DNA of 64,000 nucleotides from Sphaerodactylus townsendi (lineage: Eukaryota): the NCBI RefSeq assembly GCF_021028975.2, contig NC_059437.1:31744001-31808000 (forward strand). Reading direction: 5' to 3'. Position 1 is the first letter of the stretch, and each line of letters begins with the position of its first letter. The notes below the pieces were generated by a model, which ran no database searches, was not told the DNA's origin, and was given only the letters and a program-made list of their open reading frames with translations. The translations under genes were made by a program, and so were the position numbers. Shown here piece by piece: positions 10,901 to 23,200 of the stretch.

Positions 10901-13900
10901 GGCAGATTTGACAGAACTGCCCTGCAATAAGAAGCCCCCGATTTCCATCCAGCCTCCCTCCAAACTTGCTGGTAGATCTGGAGTTCAAGGCTCCCTAGCA
11001 TGTCTGGGTCTGAAGCCCCACAGTTTGTCAAGAGATACTTCAGCAACAAGGCTTCCAGGTCCTGCAGGTGAGCTGGGTTGGCTTCTGGATGAATGGTTGT
11101 GGGTAACAGGGAGGCTGGTCTGTCTGACAAGAATGAACCAAAGTGGGTTGTTCTGACCGTGGAATGTCTGGTTATTTACTATTTTTCTTCAGAGGGTTAC
11201 AAATAGGGAACTGTTTTCTTCTCATCAGCTGGCTTGTGCATCTGTACCAATGGTCCAGAAACTAAATATTAACCAGTTGTCAAATATTTTGTGTGTGTGT
11301 AGTCAAGGAACAGGGCATGTTTAGAAAGGGTGCAGACCACATTAAGAAACCCATAAGCTAGAAAGTGGGTGGAGTGAGTGGATCTTCAGAAGACCTTGCA
11401 GCCTACTGGGGCTGGTAGTGGTGTCATCACTTCATTGTGACCTGCAACATGCTAGTACAGAACTTGTCAAATCCCAGGAGCCAAAGTGCCTAGCATTTTA
11501 GCAGTAACTTTATTGCCATGTAGCTTGGAGGTTCTTAGTAGAAATACAAATCTTATTTATAATTTCAGATTAGAATGTGTTGTAGTATGACCTAAAAGGT
11601 CAAAGTTGTTTGTTTGTATATTAACTTTACACCATTCAGTGGCGATAAAACATATCCATTCTTAACTATTGCTTTCAAACTAAACCTTTTAAAACAACAA
11701 TAAAATTGGAGAGATCAGGTTAGACAGGTTAGCTTTTCATTGCCACGATGATAACCTGGATTACTCCATATTTTTTTAATATGCTACAATACTTTTCTCA
11801 GAGCTTTAATAAAGCTATAAGAATCTGCAAAGAGCGTAGGGTTAGGTTCTGTAGCAATAATTAGATGATACAATTATTAAAATACAATGCCATGTCGAAA
11901 AATTAGCGTGGTTCCTAAATTTGGAGGACTTGCTCTTAAAGCGGAAAACATTTGTCAAGACTTATGCTAATATTAAAGTGGCAGTTGCGTTTACTGGCAA
12001 AATTAGAGGGCCAGTGTGGTGTAATGGTTAGAGTGTTGAGCTAGATTAGAATATGGGAGACCCAGATTCAAATCTCCACTCTGTCATAGAAGAGTGCTGG
12101 GTGACTATGAGCCACTCAAATGATTTGAGCTGCTTTGTATCTTCTTCTAATGTAAGTAGATCTTTCCTTGGAAGAGGACTCCTTAGAGTGGGGAAAGGCA
12201 TAAAACTTTGCTCTGTGGTGTGATAGGATACATGCCACCATGTGGGGGTCCAGAACACTATGCTTTGTCGAGAGGTTAAATGCATCTCCAAGGTTTTGTT
12301 AACATTTTTATTACTGTGACATTCAGGCAACAAGACAACAACTAAGAGCATAGCTGCGATTCAAAAACGCCCTCCGTGCGGACAAAAACCAATTCGACAA
12401 AACTACTAAGCATCCCCCCCCTGAATCCAGCTTTCATTTTCCTCAAGTTGCCGCATCCCATTTGCTTCTGTGCAAAAGTAAGTTGGAAAAGATATTTTAT
12501 CTCAGTAGTAAATGCAGTGAGTTCATTGGGGGGGGGGGGGGGGGCGGCAAGAAGGGTGAGAACTCTGCCAGGTTAGAGATGCTAGGAATACCTAGTGAAA
12601 CTGTTTCTGGTTCAGGTTGCTGTATACACTGAAATGCAGGAGCTTCTCAAGCCCAGTACTATCCAACTATAGCAGTGATGGCGAACCTTTTCAAGACCGA
12701 GTGCCCAAACTGCAACTCAAAACCCGCTTATTTATCACAAAGTTCCGACACGGCAATTTAACCTGAATACTGAGGTTTTCGTTTAGAAAAAACGGTTGGC
12801 TCCGACGTGTGCGTTACTCAGGAGCAAGCTTGGTGGTAGTAGATGGCTTTGCTTTGAAACAGCTGTGCAACTCTTTCAATGGGTGAATCACGACCCTAGG
12901 AGGGTTTACTCAGAAGCAAGCCCCATTTCCAGCAACCGAACTTACTCCCAGGTAAAGGATTGTGCTTTAGTTTAACAGCGCTTAACAGGGTTACCTACAC
13001 TATTTCCTCAAAACTAGGTCTTAGGTTTAATGCTAATAATCGAACCCAACGACCCAGGCCAGTCGGGGGGGCACTCTGTTTGCGCGTGCCCACAGAGAGG
13101 GTTCTGAGTGCCACCTCTGGCACCCGTGCCATAGGTTCGCCATCACTGAACTATAGCCACAGTGGAGGCACTGTCATCATCTTTTGGGCTATAGCAATTT
13201 CATGGTCATCTATTATGGAATGGAATACATGCTCCTTCAGAGAGTTGTGAGAGTGGCTTCAATCAAGATATTGTGTATCAGGTGCAGAGGTGATAGTTTG
13301 CCAGTAGAGGGCAACAGCAGACCAAAGACGCTTCTCTCCCTTTCCACAAGCAGTCTTCTAAGGTAGGAAAGTTTTAGGTATCCCTCAGGGGAGAGGGAGG
13401 AACATCTTCACCCTTCCCAAAAATAGTAGGTGAGTATATCTTAGGTTAGGAGTTCCACAGAGCAAAACTCTGAGACTCCAGTTTGTAAGGCAACAAAGAT
13501 GGGAATCACTTCTCTTTCAACCAGGTCAGAAAGAGAAGTCCACAAGTAGTGATCTGATGGCTGTTGGACAAACCCGAAATGCTGCTCTGAAGAAGGACTT
13601 CACTGCATCTTGCCCAAAGGTAGAACTAGCAGAGTGAATGGCTTTAAATCACCCAAGAAAAAGAGGGTCGGTCTCTCTCTTAAATGTTTAGCATCTCATT
13701 CATGTTTCATAAAGAAGCATGTGTTCTCACAGCAAATATATATATATATATATATGTGAGAAGGTTCTGTCAGAGTCAGACCACTGGTATGCATAACCCA
13801 GTATTACTTTCTGTGGCTGCCCACAGCTCTCCAGGTAAACTTGAGGCTGAGAAGGATCTTTCCCAACCTTGCTGCCTGGGATTTTGCAACTGCAAACACT

Positions 13901-15465
13901 GGCATTGAACCTGGAACCTTGTAGTTGCAAAATAGTCCTTGGTTCTCTGTTGTTAGGAATATAGCCATGTATTTGCTGTGATGGCTAACATGCCATCTGT
14001 TTTGCAATTTCAGTGCCAATGGCTGGCTGAAGAGAATCAGCGGTTGAAGAGCATGTTAGAAACATGTCAAAAGACTATTGCCTCCCTGAAACAAAAGGTA
14101 ACCTCCTCGGGAGCCCTGCATTTACAGTTCTATATGCAGATTGTGTAATGCAGTGCAGTCTATTGCAGGCAGCTGCTAGCCTCAGCAGAATTGCTTTCAG
14201 TATTCACACCTCTAGTAGAATGGAGCTTATCCACAGTGCCGGTAAATGGATTGTGGTAGTCTAGTCACTTGACCTTGTTATCCAAATTGGTACAGTGTGC
14301 AAAGACCCAGTCACTGAAGCAGTTATTTTGGAACCAAGCAGTCTACCATATACGGGAGTGCCACTCTGATACACCATTTCAATTTGGGAAGGAAAAACAA
14401 AACACAGAGAATCTCAAAAGAAATAACCTGTATTCCCCTAACCAGATGAAAGACTAGAAAGAGTAAATACAAGGAAATGCAAAAACATTGAACAAAACCT
14501 TATATATTCTCCAGAGAACTTTGTGCTCTGCAAATAACAACTTGATGATGGTCCCTGGCCCCAAAACTATTTGGCTGTCCTCAAGCAGGGCCAGAGCTTT
14601 TTTGGCTCTGACCCCTGTCTGGTAGATCACTCTGTCAAATGAGACCCGGGTCCTGCAGGATCTATCACAGTTCTACAGAGCCTGTAAGATGGATCTGTTC
14701 CACCAGACCTTTGGTGGAGGGCAGCAGTGGTGTCTATCTGGCTGGCCTCCCTGCTCTTCCTTCTCCTTTCTTTGCTGTTTGTTTTGTTGTCTTTTTTCTT
14801 TCTTTTTTATTGTTCTATTAGCATAGACTGTTGCTAATTCCATCCTTTTAACAAGATGTACTTAGGGTGCCATGAGCTATGTATCTGTTTTAAATCTTTA
14901 TGGAATTCTTTGTTGGAAACTGAGCTTGGATGGAGAAATGCTGCTTAGAAATCAAATTATAAATAAAATAGAATTGCAGTGCGGTAATGCATTGCTGCCC
15001 TTGGTTGTTGTCTGAGTGCATGAGGATAGTCATCTGTGAGGATAGTGGGACCATTTAGGTGAAGTGTTAGTTATTGGAATGATGGACCTGAAAAATGCTT
15101 AGCAGCTTTGTTTACATTCCACTGGGTTGGAGATTCAGTTACTGGAGTAGGCCCTAAAGTAAAAAGAATTGTATAGCCTTAAGGTATTAGGCATCAAATG
15201 AGACAATTACTCCACTGGTTTGAGGAAACTTCTGGACACTTGAAGTCAGAGGTCTGTAATCAGTTTGCTACTGTTGGGGGAGTATATTTGCCGTCGGTTC
15301 CAAATATTAGTAATGAACAAATGTTGATAGAATTTCAATTGTCATAATCATGATTGTTCTGTATATCATGTAACATGTACCCATTTTAATCAGTTCTTTT
15401 TCCTGTTTTCTTAGCAAGCTGCAGTAGAAAATGAAAACTGTCCCCCTGAGACAGAAGCTAAATGA
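7899..15465 (+). CDS. Uncharacterised ~486-aa Ser/Pro-rich protein with C-terminal coiled coil; predicted exons 7899-8936, 10875-11067, 13525-13619, 14014-14097, 15415-15465
   Basis: 1038-nt first exon ending CAG|gtgagc; four downstream exons with AG/GT ends and matching phases (0,1,0,0) giving ...KLLPDEITKADLTELPCNKKPP...TRLPGPA/GQKEKSTSSDLM...ASCPK/CQWLAEENQRLKSMLETCQKTIASLKQK/QAAVENENCPPETEAK*; AATAAA at 15588 and 15611. Extra exons are possible. Confidence 0.75.
12673..13148. mobile_element. Non-autonomous hAT DNA transposon (476 bp) with 8-bp TSD
   Basis: TIR cagtgatggcgaacc / ggttcgccatcactg; TSD aactatag at 12665-12672 and 13149-13156. Confidence 0.9.
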
Positions 15466-15587
15466 AGAGGCTTCTTGGAGTTCCTGTGTCAGATTATATA
15501 AATGAGACTTTTTAAATGAAGAATACCAGTGGATATTTTATAATAGACAGGGCCTTTCTGGATATATATTAGGAGTATAATGAATAT

Positions 15588-15616
15588 AATAAAATGAACT
15601 TTTGCTGTAAAATAAA
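15588..15616 (+). terminator. Tandem AATAAA polyadenylation signals of the uncharacterised gene
   Basis: AATAAA at 15588 and 15611, ~120-150 nt after TGA 15465; GT-rich tract downstream. Confidence 0.6.
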
Positions 15617-18600
15617 TATAGTCCCTGTAAAGCAGAGACTGTGTTTTCTTGTGTGTAAACTGCCTTGAATGGTCATAGAGGCATGAGAGAAATAACATGG
15701 TTTTAGACTGCCTGTCAGGAGCTTTGCTAGTCCCTACACCTTAACTGTCGGTTGTAATCCTTGGTTTATCTGGCCATACCAGAGTGCTCATCTGAAAATA
15801 CAATTTTGCACTCCTCCCAATTTCAGTGACATGGAAATTAAAAAAAAACCCTGCCAAACTCCTTTTCATCTGCCTGTCTGTTTCCTGCTGTCTTGCAGGC
15901 TGGGCTCTGGAAGATGTCCAGCAGATGGAGTACAAACTTAGTTAAAACCATGGCAATGCTGATTATCAGGATATAGCATAACTGCTGTTCTGAATCTGTC
16001 TCCCTCTGGGCAAATTGCTGGAATCCAGATCTACTGACAACAAAGCTAAGTCAAGACCCAAGCCCTTTTTCTCTGCTCTTTTGTTGAGCTTGATTTCTTT
16101 CATTTCAGCAGTTGTACCAAGGTCTGCCAGCCATTTCTGAGGCTACAGCAACCTATGAACTCAGTCACTATTTTCTTCAAAGATGCTCCTATCTATATAC
16201 CTTCTACCTTCTTAGAACTCCTTCAGTGCAACTGTGCTTTGGAATGTATACCAAATACATGCTTCTAATTAGTGGAACAGAGGTTTTCTTGGTGTGTACA
16301 GACCTGTCATCCTACATTGCAGGGAATAATTTGGCCTCTAATTTATTTAAAAAAAACACCAAATCTCCTGTCCACAGTGGAGTTGGTAACAGTATCGTGG
16401 CCTGCTAGCTTCCTTCTTCCTTGTTAGAGTGCCTTGCCACCTGGCCATCTTTAGGGTTTGAGGACTACGTTAAGTTTGTGCTGCTCTTACTTCCCTAAAA
16501 GTTAAGGCAAGGGGGAGCTGCATCCTATTTGGTCTTTCAGAACGAGAAAATGTTACTTTAGTCAACTTAAAAAAAACACCTGTATTCCACATTCAAATGG
16601 CATGAATTCCATTCTTGTGCTGTGAAGATTTTATATCTAATGTTGAAAGATCCAGAATCTGCTCTTAACCCAAGCTAGTAGTGTGGGACTTAGCAAGCTG
16701 TAACCATAAGATATGAAATCACATGATATAGTCATGAGGTTTTGAGACAAGAAAAGGGAGAAACAGACTTTACTAGTGTCAAGGCCAAGTCTGTGTACAA
16801 TAGACCAAAAGAGCTAGAGCTTGAAACTGCAAACTGAGCAGCAATGCTAAGTCATGAAGAAATCTTCTCTATTAAGTGACCCCCATATTTCTGTCCAGCT
16901 GCTTCTGGAAGTCTTTCCTTTAGAAATAATGCCTCTGTAGGGGCCTGGCACCCAGTTGGTGGTGGTTGTCTGCAACCTACCTGATGGTCCCAACGCATGG
17001 GCTGAATACTACTGTTCTAGAGCATCTGACTGCTAGAAGCAATCAAATACAATTATAAATCCCGACAATTGTTGACGTTAACCAGTTCAATGAAATTCAT
17101 CATATTTTTCCTCCCTTATTCCATGTTCTCTTTATTATAAAGCTGTTCTTTTTTTCCTGAAAATTTATGTTATCTGGACACTGGAAATATATGTAAATGT
17201 TTCCAATTAGAATTTGCTTTCACAAATTTAAGCAGAAGACTTATGATCTTATATTATTATTAAATTTATAGACTGTCCTTCCCCAAAGGGCTGGAGTTAA
17301 ATTAGGCTGGAGTTAAATTAACAGGACTGAAAAGGCTTCTGTACTTTATAATTTGGCATCGGATCAGATTTCCTATAGCCCTTCTTGAATGCCCAAATTT
17401 GCATGAAAAGCAGATGAGTCATTGTTGACCTTTCTTTGGAGAGTTCTGGACTTTTTTCTCTGTCAAAACAGTAGTGACTTGTTTTATGAAGGAAAACTAT
17501 CCTGTGCACTTAGAATACAGAAACAACAGGAAAGAGGTTTATACATATAAAAGATGAGAATAATTCCAAACAAAACAGCTCACCCTGCTCAGCATAAATG
17601 TTGTATATCTAATTATTCTCCAGAATAAAATATATAAATAATCCATCTGAAATGTGTGTACTTGTTCTTCATAAGCAGAAGGTGAGGAAGAACCGTCTTA
17701 GTCAACACAGTCATGGGAATGGCTGAAAATTAGAAGTGTTGCAGTAAAATCTGAGTTTACCGTTATTTATAACCTAGGGTGTGTGATCTGCTTTCTTTAA
17801 AAATACCCTCCCTAGATTGGAGCCAGTAGCTCTTTATTAGCTAATTTGCAAATTGTTTTGTTAATACTGATGGACAACAGTTAACGATTTGGCCATTTGC
17901 CATCCTTTCCCATTGGTCTGTTGCCCTTACTTTGGCTACCTTGGCAAGCTGTTCTTTTAAAATTACCAGGTCTTATGAATTCTTCAGGATGGTCAAGGTT
18001 TTTAGGCTTCTTGACCATCAAAGGCCCTAATTTGCAACAAGTGTTGTCTTCATGCTTACCAGTTTGCAAAGGAAGGAGGTCATGAGTTCTGCTTTCTGGC
18101 ACTTCTCTTATCTCCCATTAACAGTATCAGTATTGCCTCTGAGCTTCCTCTAGCTCAGCAGCCCTAGTAATGCCATGGCAACAGGAGGGCAACTTTATGA
18201 CCTAATCCCCACTACCAACTTTTTAAAAAGCTATCTGGCCTTCCAGATTCTCTATCATCTTCTCTTCAGCCAAAGATGACAGTCTTAAGAAAAGGCTGTA
18301 ATTAGGAATGTGAATGTTGAATGCCCTAGCCAGCCTTTTCAATGCTCTGCGGATTAGCAAGATCACAAACCTGCCTGGCTCACACTATTAAACTGGTCTA
18401 GATGCTGGGCCCCTGCAGGAATATGCATTGTGGCTACACGGGAACGAAAATGGTGCATGCTTTTACAGGAACATTTCATCAGCCTGTGTTGTGCTCAGGA
18501 AATCCTCCTGTAACAGAATATACCTGCCTTAAAAAAGGAACCATATGACCCAGATTGCTGACACAGCACAGATACCAAGTGCTTCATGGGCATGCATCCA

Positions 18601-18922
18601 ACTACCCCACAGATCTACTAAGACAAACACCGCCATGAACTTGGGCTGCCTCTGCGCCTGAAATTATACCACACATGTCCATCCATTTGAACAGAACTCT
18701 GCTGAAAATTTCTAAATTTAAAAATAATCTAGCGCAGGCAAGTTCCTAGGCTTTATGACAGAAAATAAGCCTGAAGGCATGAGAGAGATACAGGAGGAAG
18801 GAGAATTAGTTTCCAATACTTCAAGTAAATTCCTTCAGCAAACAGCAGCAGGCTCTCACGTCCTACATTTCCAGCAGGCATGGACTTTGTTATTTAACAC
18901 CATACTACAAATGATAGAAATA

Positions 18923-19395
18923 CAATGGAACCTCGGTTTTCATCAATTTTTTCAGTGAAAAATTTGTCTCTGTTTTCATCAGTTTGCCTCGGTTTTCATC
19001 GATTTGCAGTAAGGTGCAGGGGTTTGTGGAGAAAAATCACCCGGACAAAGCTGTTGCAGGCCATGTCTGCAGCTTGTTTAATGACAATGTCTTGCCCCAT
19101 TTCAGACAAATCTGAAAGAGGCGTCAGAAACAGACCTCTTTGGACAGCTTTCTGGTGCTACATTGTCCACTGGCTCTGAAGTTGGTCCTAGTGTTATTGT
19201 TTGTTACTATTTTCAGCATTAAACACTATGTTTATTCACCACAAAATGTGTTTTTGGTATGTTTTTTGGAGTGCCTAGAACGGATTAATTGGCTTTACAT
19301 TGATTCCTATGGAAAAGTTTGCCTCGGTTATCATCAGTTTCGGTTTTCATCTATTCTTTTCGGACAGATTACCAATGAAAACCGAGGTTCCAGTG
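18923..19395. mobile_element. Non-autonomous Tc1/mariner (Tigger-like) element with TA TSD
   Basis: ta|caatggaacctcggttttcat ... atgaaaaccgaggttccagtg|ta; internal repeats of cctcggttttcatc. Confidence 0.85.
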
Positions 19396-20287
19396 TACTA
19401 TGAAACCACTGAGAAAGCAAGTGTCTGGTTTGCACAGTGCTCAGTTTCTGGCTATAGAAGATTTATTACCTCTACATACATCATCATCTGAGTGGGCTCC
19501 AGCTAAAAGATAGCCTGCCCACAGGACCTGAGATATGCTGGACAGTGAATGAGCCATGCTTCAGCAAGATCTACAGCAGGGTTTCAGTTCGCTCCTGCCA
19601 TTTAAGAGGTGGGGGCGGGGTGGGATGGAAAGAATCAGTGATGCTGGATTCTTCAGCAGCCCGAGCATGAGGGAATCTTGGCTGAAACCTGGGGCTACCA
19701 GGTTCCAGAAGAACCATTGCCCAGTACATAGTGGAGAAACTTCATAAGGAAATAAACTGGCACAAAATGCTGGCAGTAAGACAGATCAACCTTCCTTATT
19801 TTTATGAAAAAAGTTATTTGGATTTTTAATCATATAAAACACAAACATTTCTGACAAAAAAAATACAAAGAAAGTTAAAAGGAAAGCAAAAACTTACAAC
19901 CAAAGCACACTGGGACCCCATTTTTTTGACCTCTAATCACCTTACATACACACATGCTTCTTACTACAAAAGAAAGGCAACTGTATGGCCAGACAATAAA
20001 TACAGACATCAGGTATATATGGCAGTTTGCCTGCCGGTCAGCTTTTTCCAAGGGCAAGAGGGCTGCAGTGCTTTGCATCTGCCCCCCTTGCCCTTCAGGT
20101 TGGTGCTTGCTTTGTCTCCTCAGCAGGATAACCTTGTTTGGGTTTACTGCAGTGTACAAGGGGAAGCAATGTGCCCAGGATCTTTCCCTCTCCTGCTTGT
20201 TATGTGGAAGGGCAGGAGACAGGCAAGAGCTCAAAGACAGCTGTCGTGTGGAGGGCAGGGCAACTGGAGAACCATCACCTCCTTCTC

Positions 20288-23200
20288 TCAGATAGTTGTA
20301 TCTGGACTCGGGTCAGAGCTGGCAGAATTCAGAGGCTTGTTTGTCGTTAACTGTGATTGCCGAGTGGTCTGTGCTTCTACACTGTGCCGGATCCCATAAC
20401 CAAAGTAGATGGCAAAGCCTGCATGAGTTACAAAAAAAGCTTTTATTTCATGTGTTAGTAGCTGCTAAATTGCTTTATCTCAAACATTCAGTGTGGTATA
20501 GTGGTTAGTGTTCTAGACTAGGACTGGGGAGACCTTAATTCAAATCCCCATTTAGTCATGACACTTGCTAGGTGCTGTCAGCTCAGTCACTGGCTCTGCC
20601 TGAGCTATCCCACAGGGCTCGAAGTGATGACAAAAGGCATAGGGGGGGATTTCTGGGAACTCCTCAGAGGAAGAGTTTCCTCTCTGGATCACCTTTGGAT
20701 TGTTTGGATTCCTACTTGGCCAAATGCCTCCTAAAACTCTAAATCTCTGTTTGCAGATTCAAGGTGTAGTTGGCTCATCAGATAACTAAACACTTAAATG
20801 CCACCCCAGATAATGTCTCCACACAGAAAAATCAGTACCTCCTTGCTGTCCTGTTGAAAGACGATAGGCCATTATTGAGATCAGTCCTGCATAACAAAGT
20901 TTCAGACACTATCATGCTCCTTACCTATGGCCATCCAGACACCAAAGCGGGCCCATGTGCCTGCATCCAGCTGCATCATGAGATAGATATTCACAAAGAT
21001 ACTGAAAAGAGGGAGCAACGGCAGGGCAGGCACCTGGAAACGAAGAGAAAGCACCCAAGACAAGTGTATATAAACATTTCTCAAGATTATGGAAAATTGA
21101 AGTTCTTTCACAAGATACACAGTTCAATATAAAACTGGACTAAATTCCAGTGAATTGTCGGAGTCTTCCCAGACAACAGAGAAAAAGTAATCGAGGGGGG
21201 GGGGGGAGGGTTAGATGCAGTGTGAAGACTGCCTCATTGAATTCCTATAGCATTGATATCCAATATGCAATGGATATTTCCCTTTTTTAACTGCAAGGGA
21301 AAATAGAATCTTTCATTTTCATTAGATTTTGTGGACATGGTTTTCAAAATATCTTTCTCCCTTATTAGTTCTGAAATACTACTATTCAGGAGAAGATAAA
21401 CCTGTTACTTTATAGGAGATTACTCTGCTCATTAGAGTTTCAGCAGTGGTTACATGTATGGGGAGGGGGAGATGGCTAAAAAAAGATCTTTACCAAACTG
21501 AACAGGAATTGGAGACAGCACACTCTGAAGTCACAGCTGTTGGCCAATAGATGCTCAAGAACCATCACCCACTATTCCACACGTTCGCATTTCCAAATGG
21601 CTCAGAAGTGGCTTCAGAATGCTTGAAAAACACGTTTCCAGATAACAGAGGTACTAAGTAAGGGGAATGTAAACTGGACTGTCCAAGCCAACTTAGCTTT
21701 CAATCCATTTTTTCTGTAATGATTCAGAAAAGCTGCCCTGATGTAGAAAAGGACACTTTTTTGCAAAGAGCATGGAAGTTGCTAAGGCAAAACAGAAGTC
21801 TTTTCATGCCTATGGGAGGAATCAGACTACAAAAGCATTGTGGGAAGAGGGACCGGAGGGTTGGAGAGACAGGAGTTATTCCTTCTGAAAGGCAGACAGT
21901 GGGGTTGCTATTTGAATGGGATGATCCAGCCATTCAGAAGCAACAGCACAAGTGTTACGATTCCTTCAGCAAACGCTGCCCACAAAAGATACCAAGTGCA
22001 GCATGCCAGATCTATGCCAACACCCAGCTCAGTCACCGACATTCCCAGCAGGATGAGCAGTTTTCTGGCCAGGACTCTTACCTTGAAAGTGAGGCGCTTC
22101 TTGCTTTCTGGCTGCCTCCAGATGATAATTGCAAAAATCACAGAAATACCCAGGAGAAGTGCACATGCCACAGTCCAACCAATGCTGCCATCCATGAGTG
22201 CTTCCCGCTTCTGTGCCAGGAACCCGCACAGGACAGCGATCACGACAGCTGCAAAATAAACCTCCACTTTATATCAGAGGGAGCGTGATCTTGATCTAGC
22301 AGAACCTCTCTAACGTTTCCCAGGAGTCGTCAAATAGAAAATGTTCAGGGCCAGAACTGAAAAATGGCTTGTAGCATTTCAGATCTGCTACTGAGCAAGA
22401 TCTATTCTCCTCCTGGTCTCCAGAATTGCTGTTTGGGCTCTCCCAAGGCAGAATGCAGTTGTCTTAAAGTGCCCAGTTGACCAACTGATGTTGGACCTCC
22501 CCTTCCCCAACTTTGCTGGAACTTTTAAAGCACTTCTAGTCCCAGTGCCACTGTTGGCAGAACTTCCAATACAAATCTAAATTGAACACCTCAGTTCCAC
22601 CCCCCAGAACTTACAAACAATTGTGGTGCAGATGTAAACAGTGCGTCCCGAAATGTTGGTTGGGAACTCCCCAGAAGGGCAGAAAAGGCTCCCCCAGGTG
22701 AACTTCTCTTTGAGTCTAGTCTGATTGCTGTTGACTGATGAATTCATTATCACCTTCTCTTCTTCACTTCCATTCACCTCCAACATCTCCACGTCCTTGG
22801 AAGAGCTGCCGATCTCAGGCTGGTATCTAACAACAAAAGCATTAAGACAATCCAGCATCAGCGCTTATGCAAAAAGAGTCTCCACCACTCAGAGATCAAG
22901 CAACCCCCCAGTCCCCCAAAACACCCAGCTGGGACATCACAGTGTTTGGATGGACTTTGAGTACCCAACATCAGTAATCATTCCTAAGACACCCACCTGA
23001 GGATGAGAACGCAAACAGCTACCAGTGAGTATGCCAACAAGGTGCCAATTGACATGAGGTCTACCAGGGCCTTCAGCTCAAACAGGAATGCCATCAAGGC
23101 TGCAAGAAAATACATGTTACATGAGATTCATCCTAACCCACGGTTGGTTGGGGGAAGAGCAAGGGAACAGACTTCTTGGCTACCTATCCTTACCAGATAT

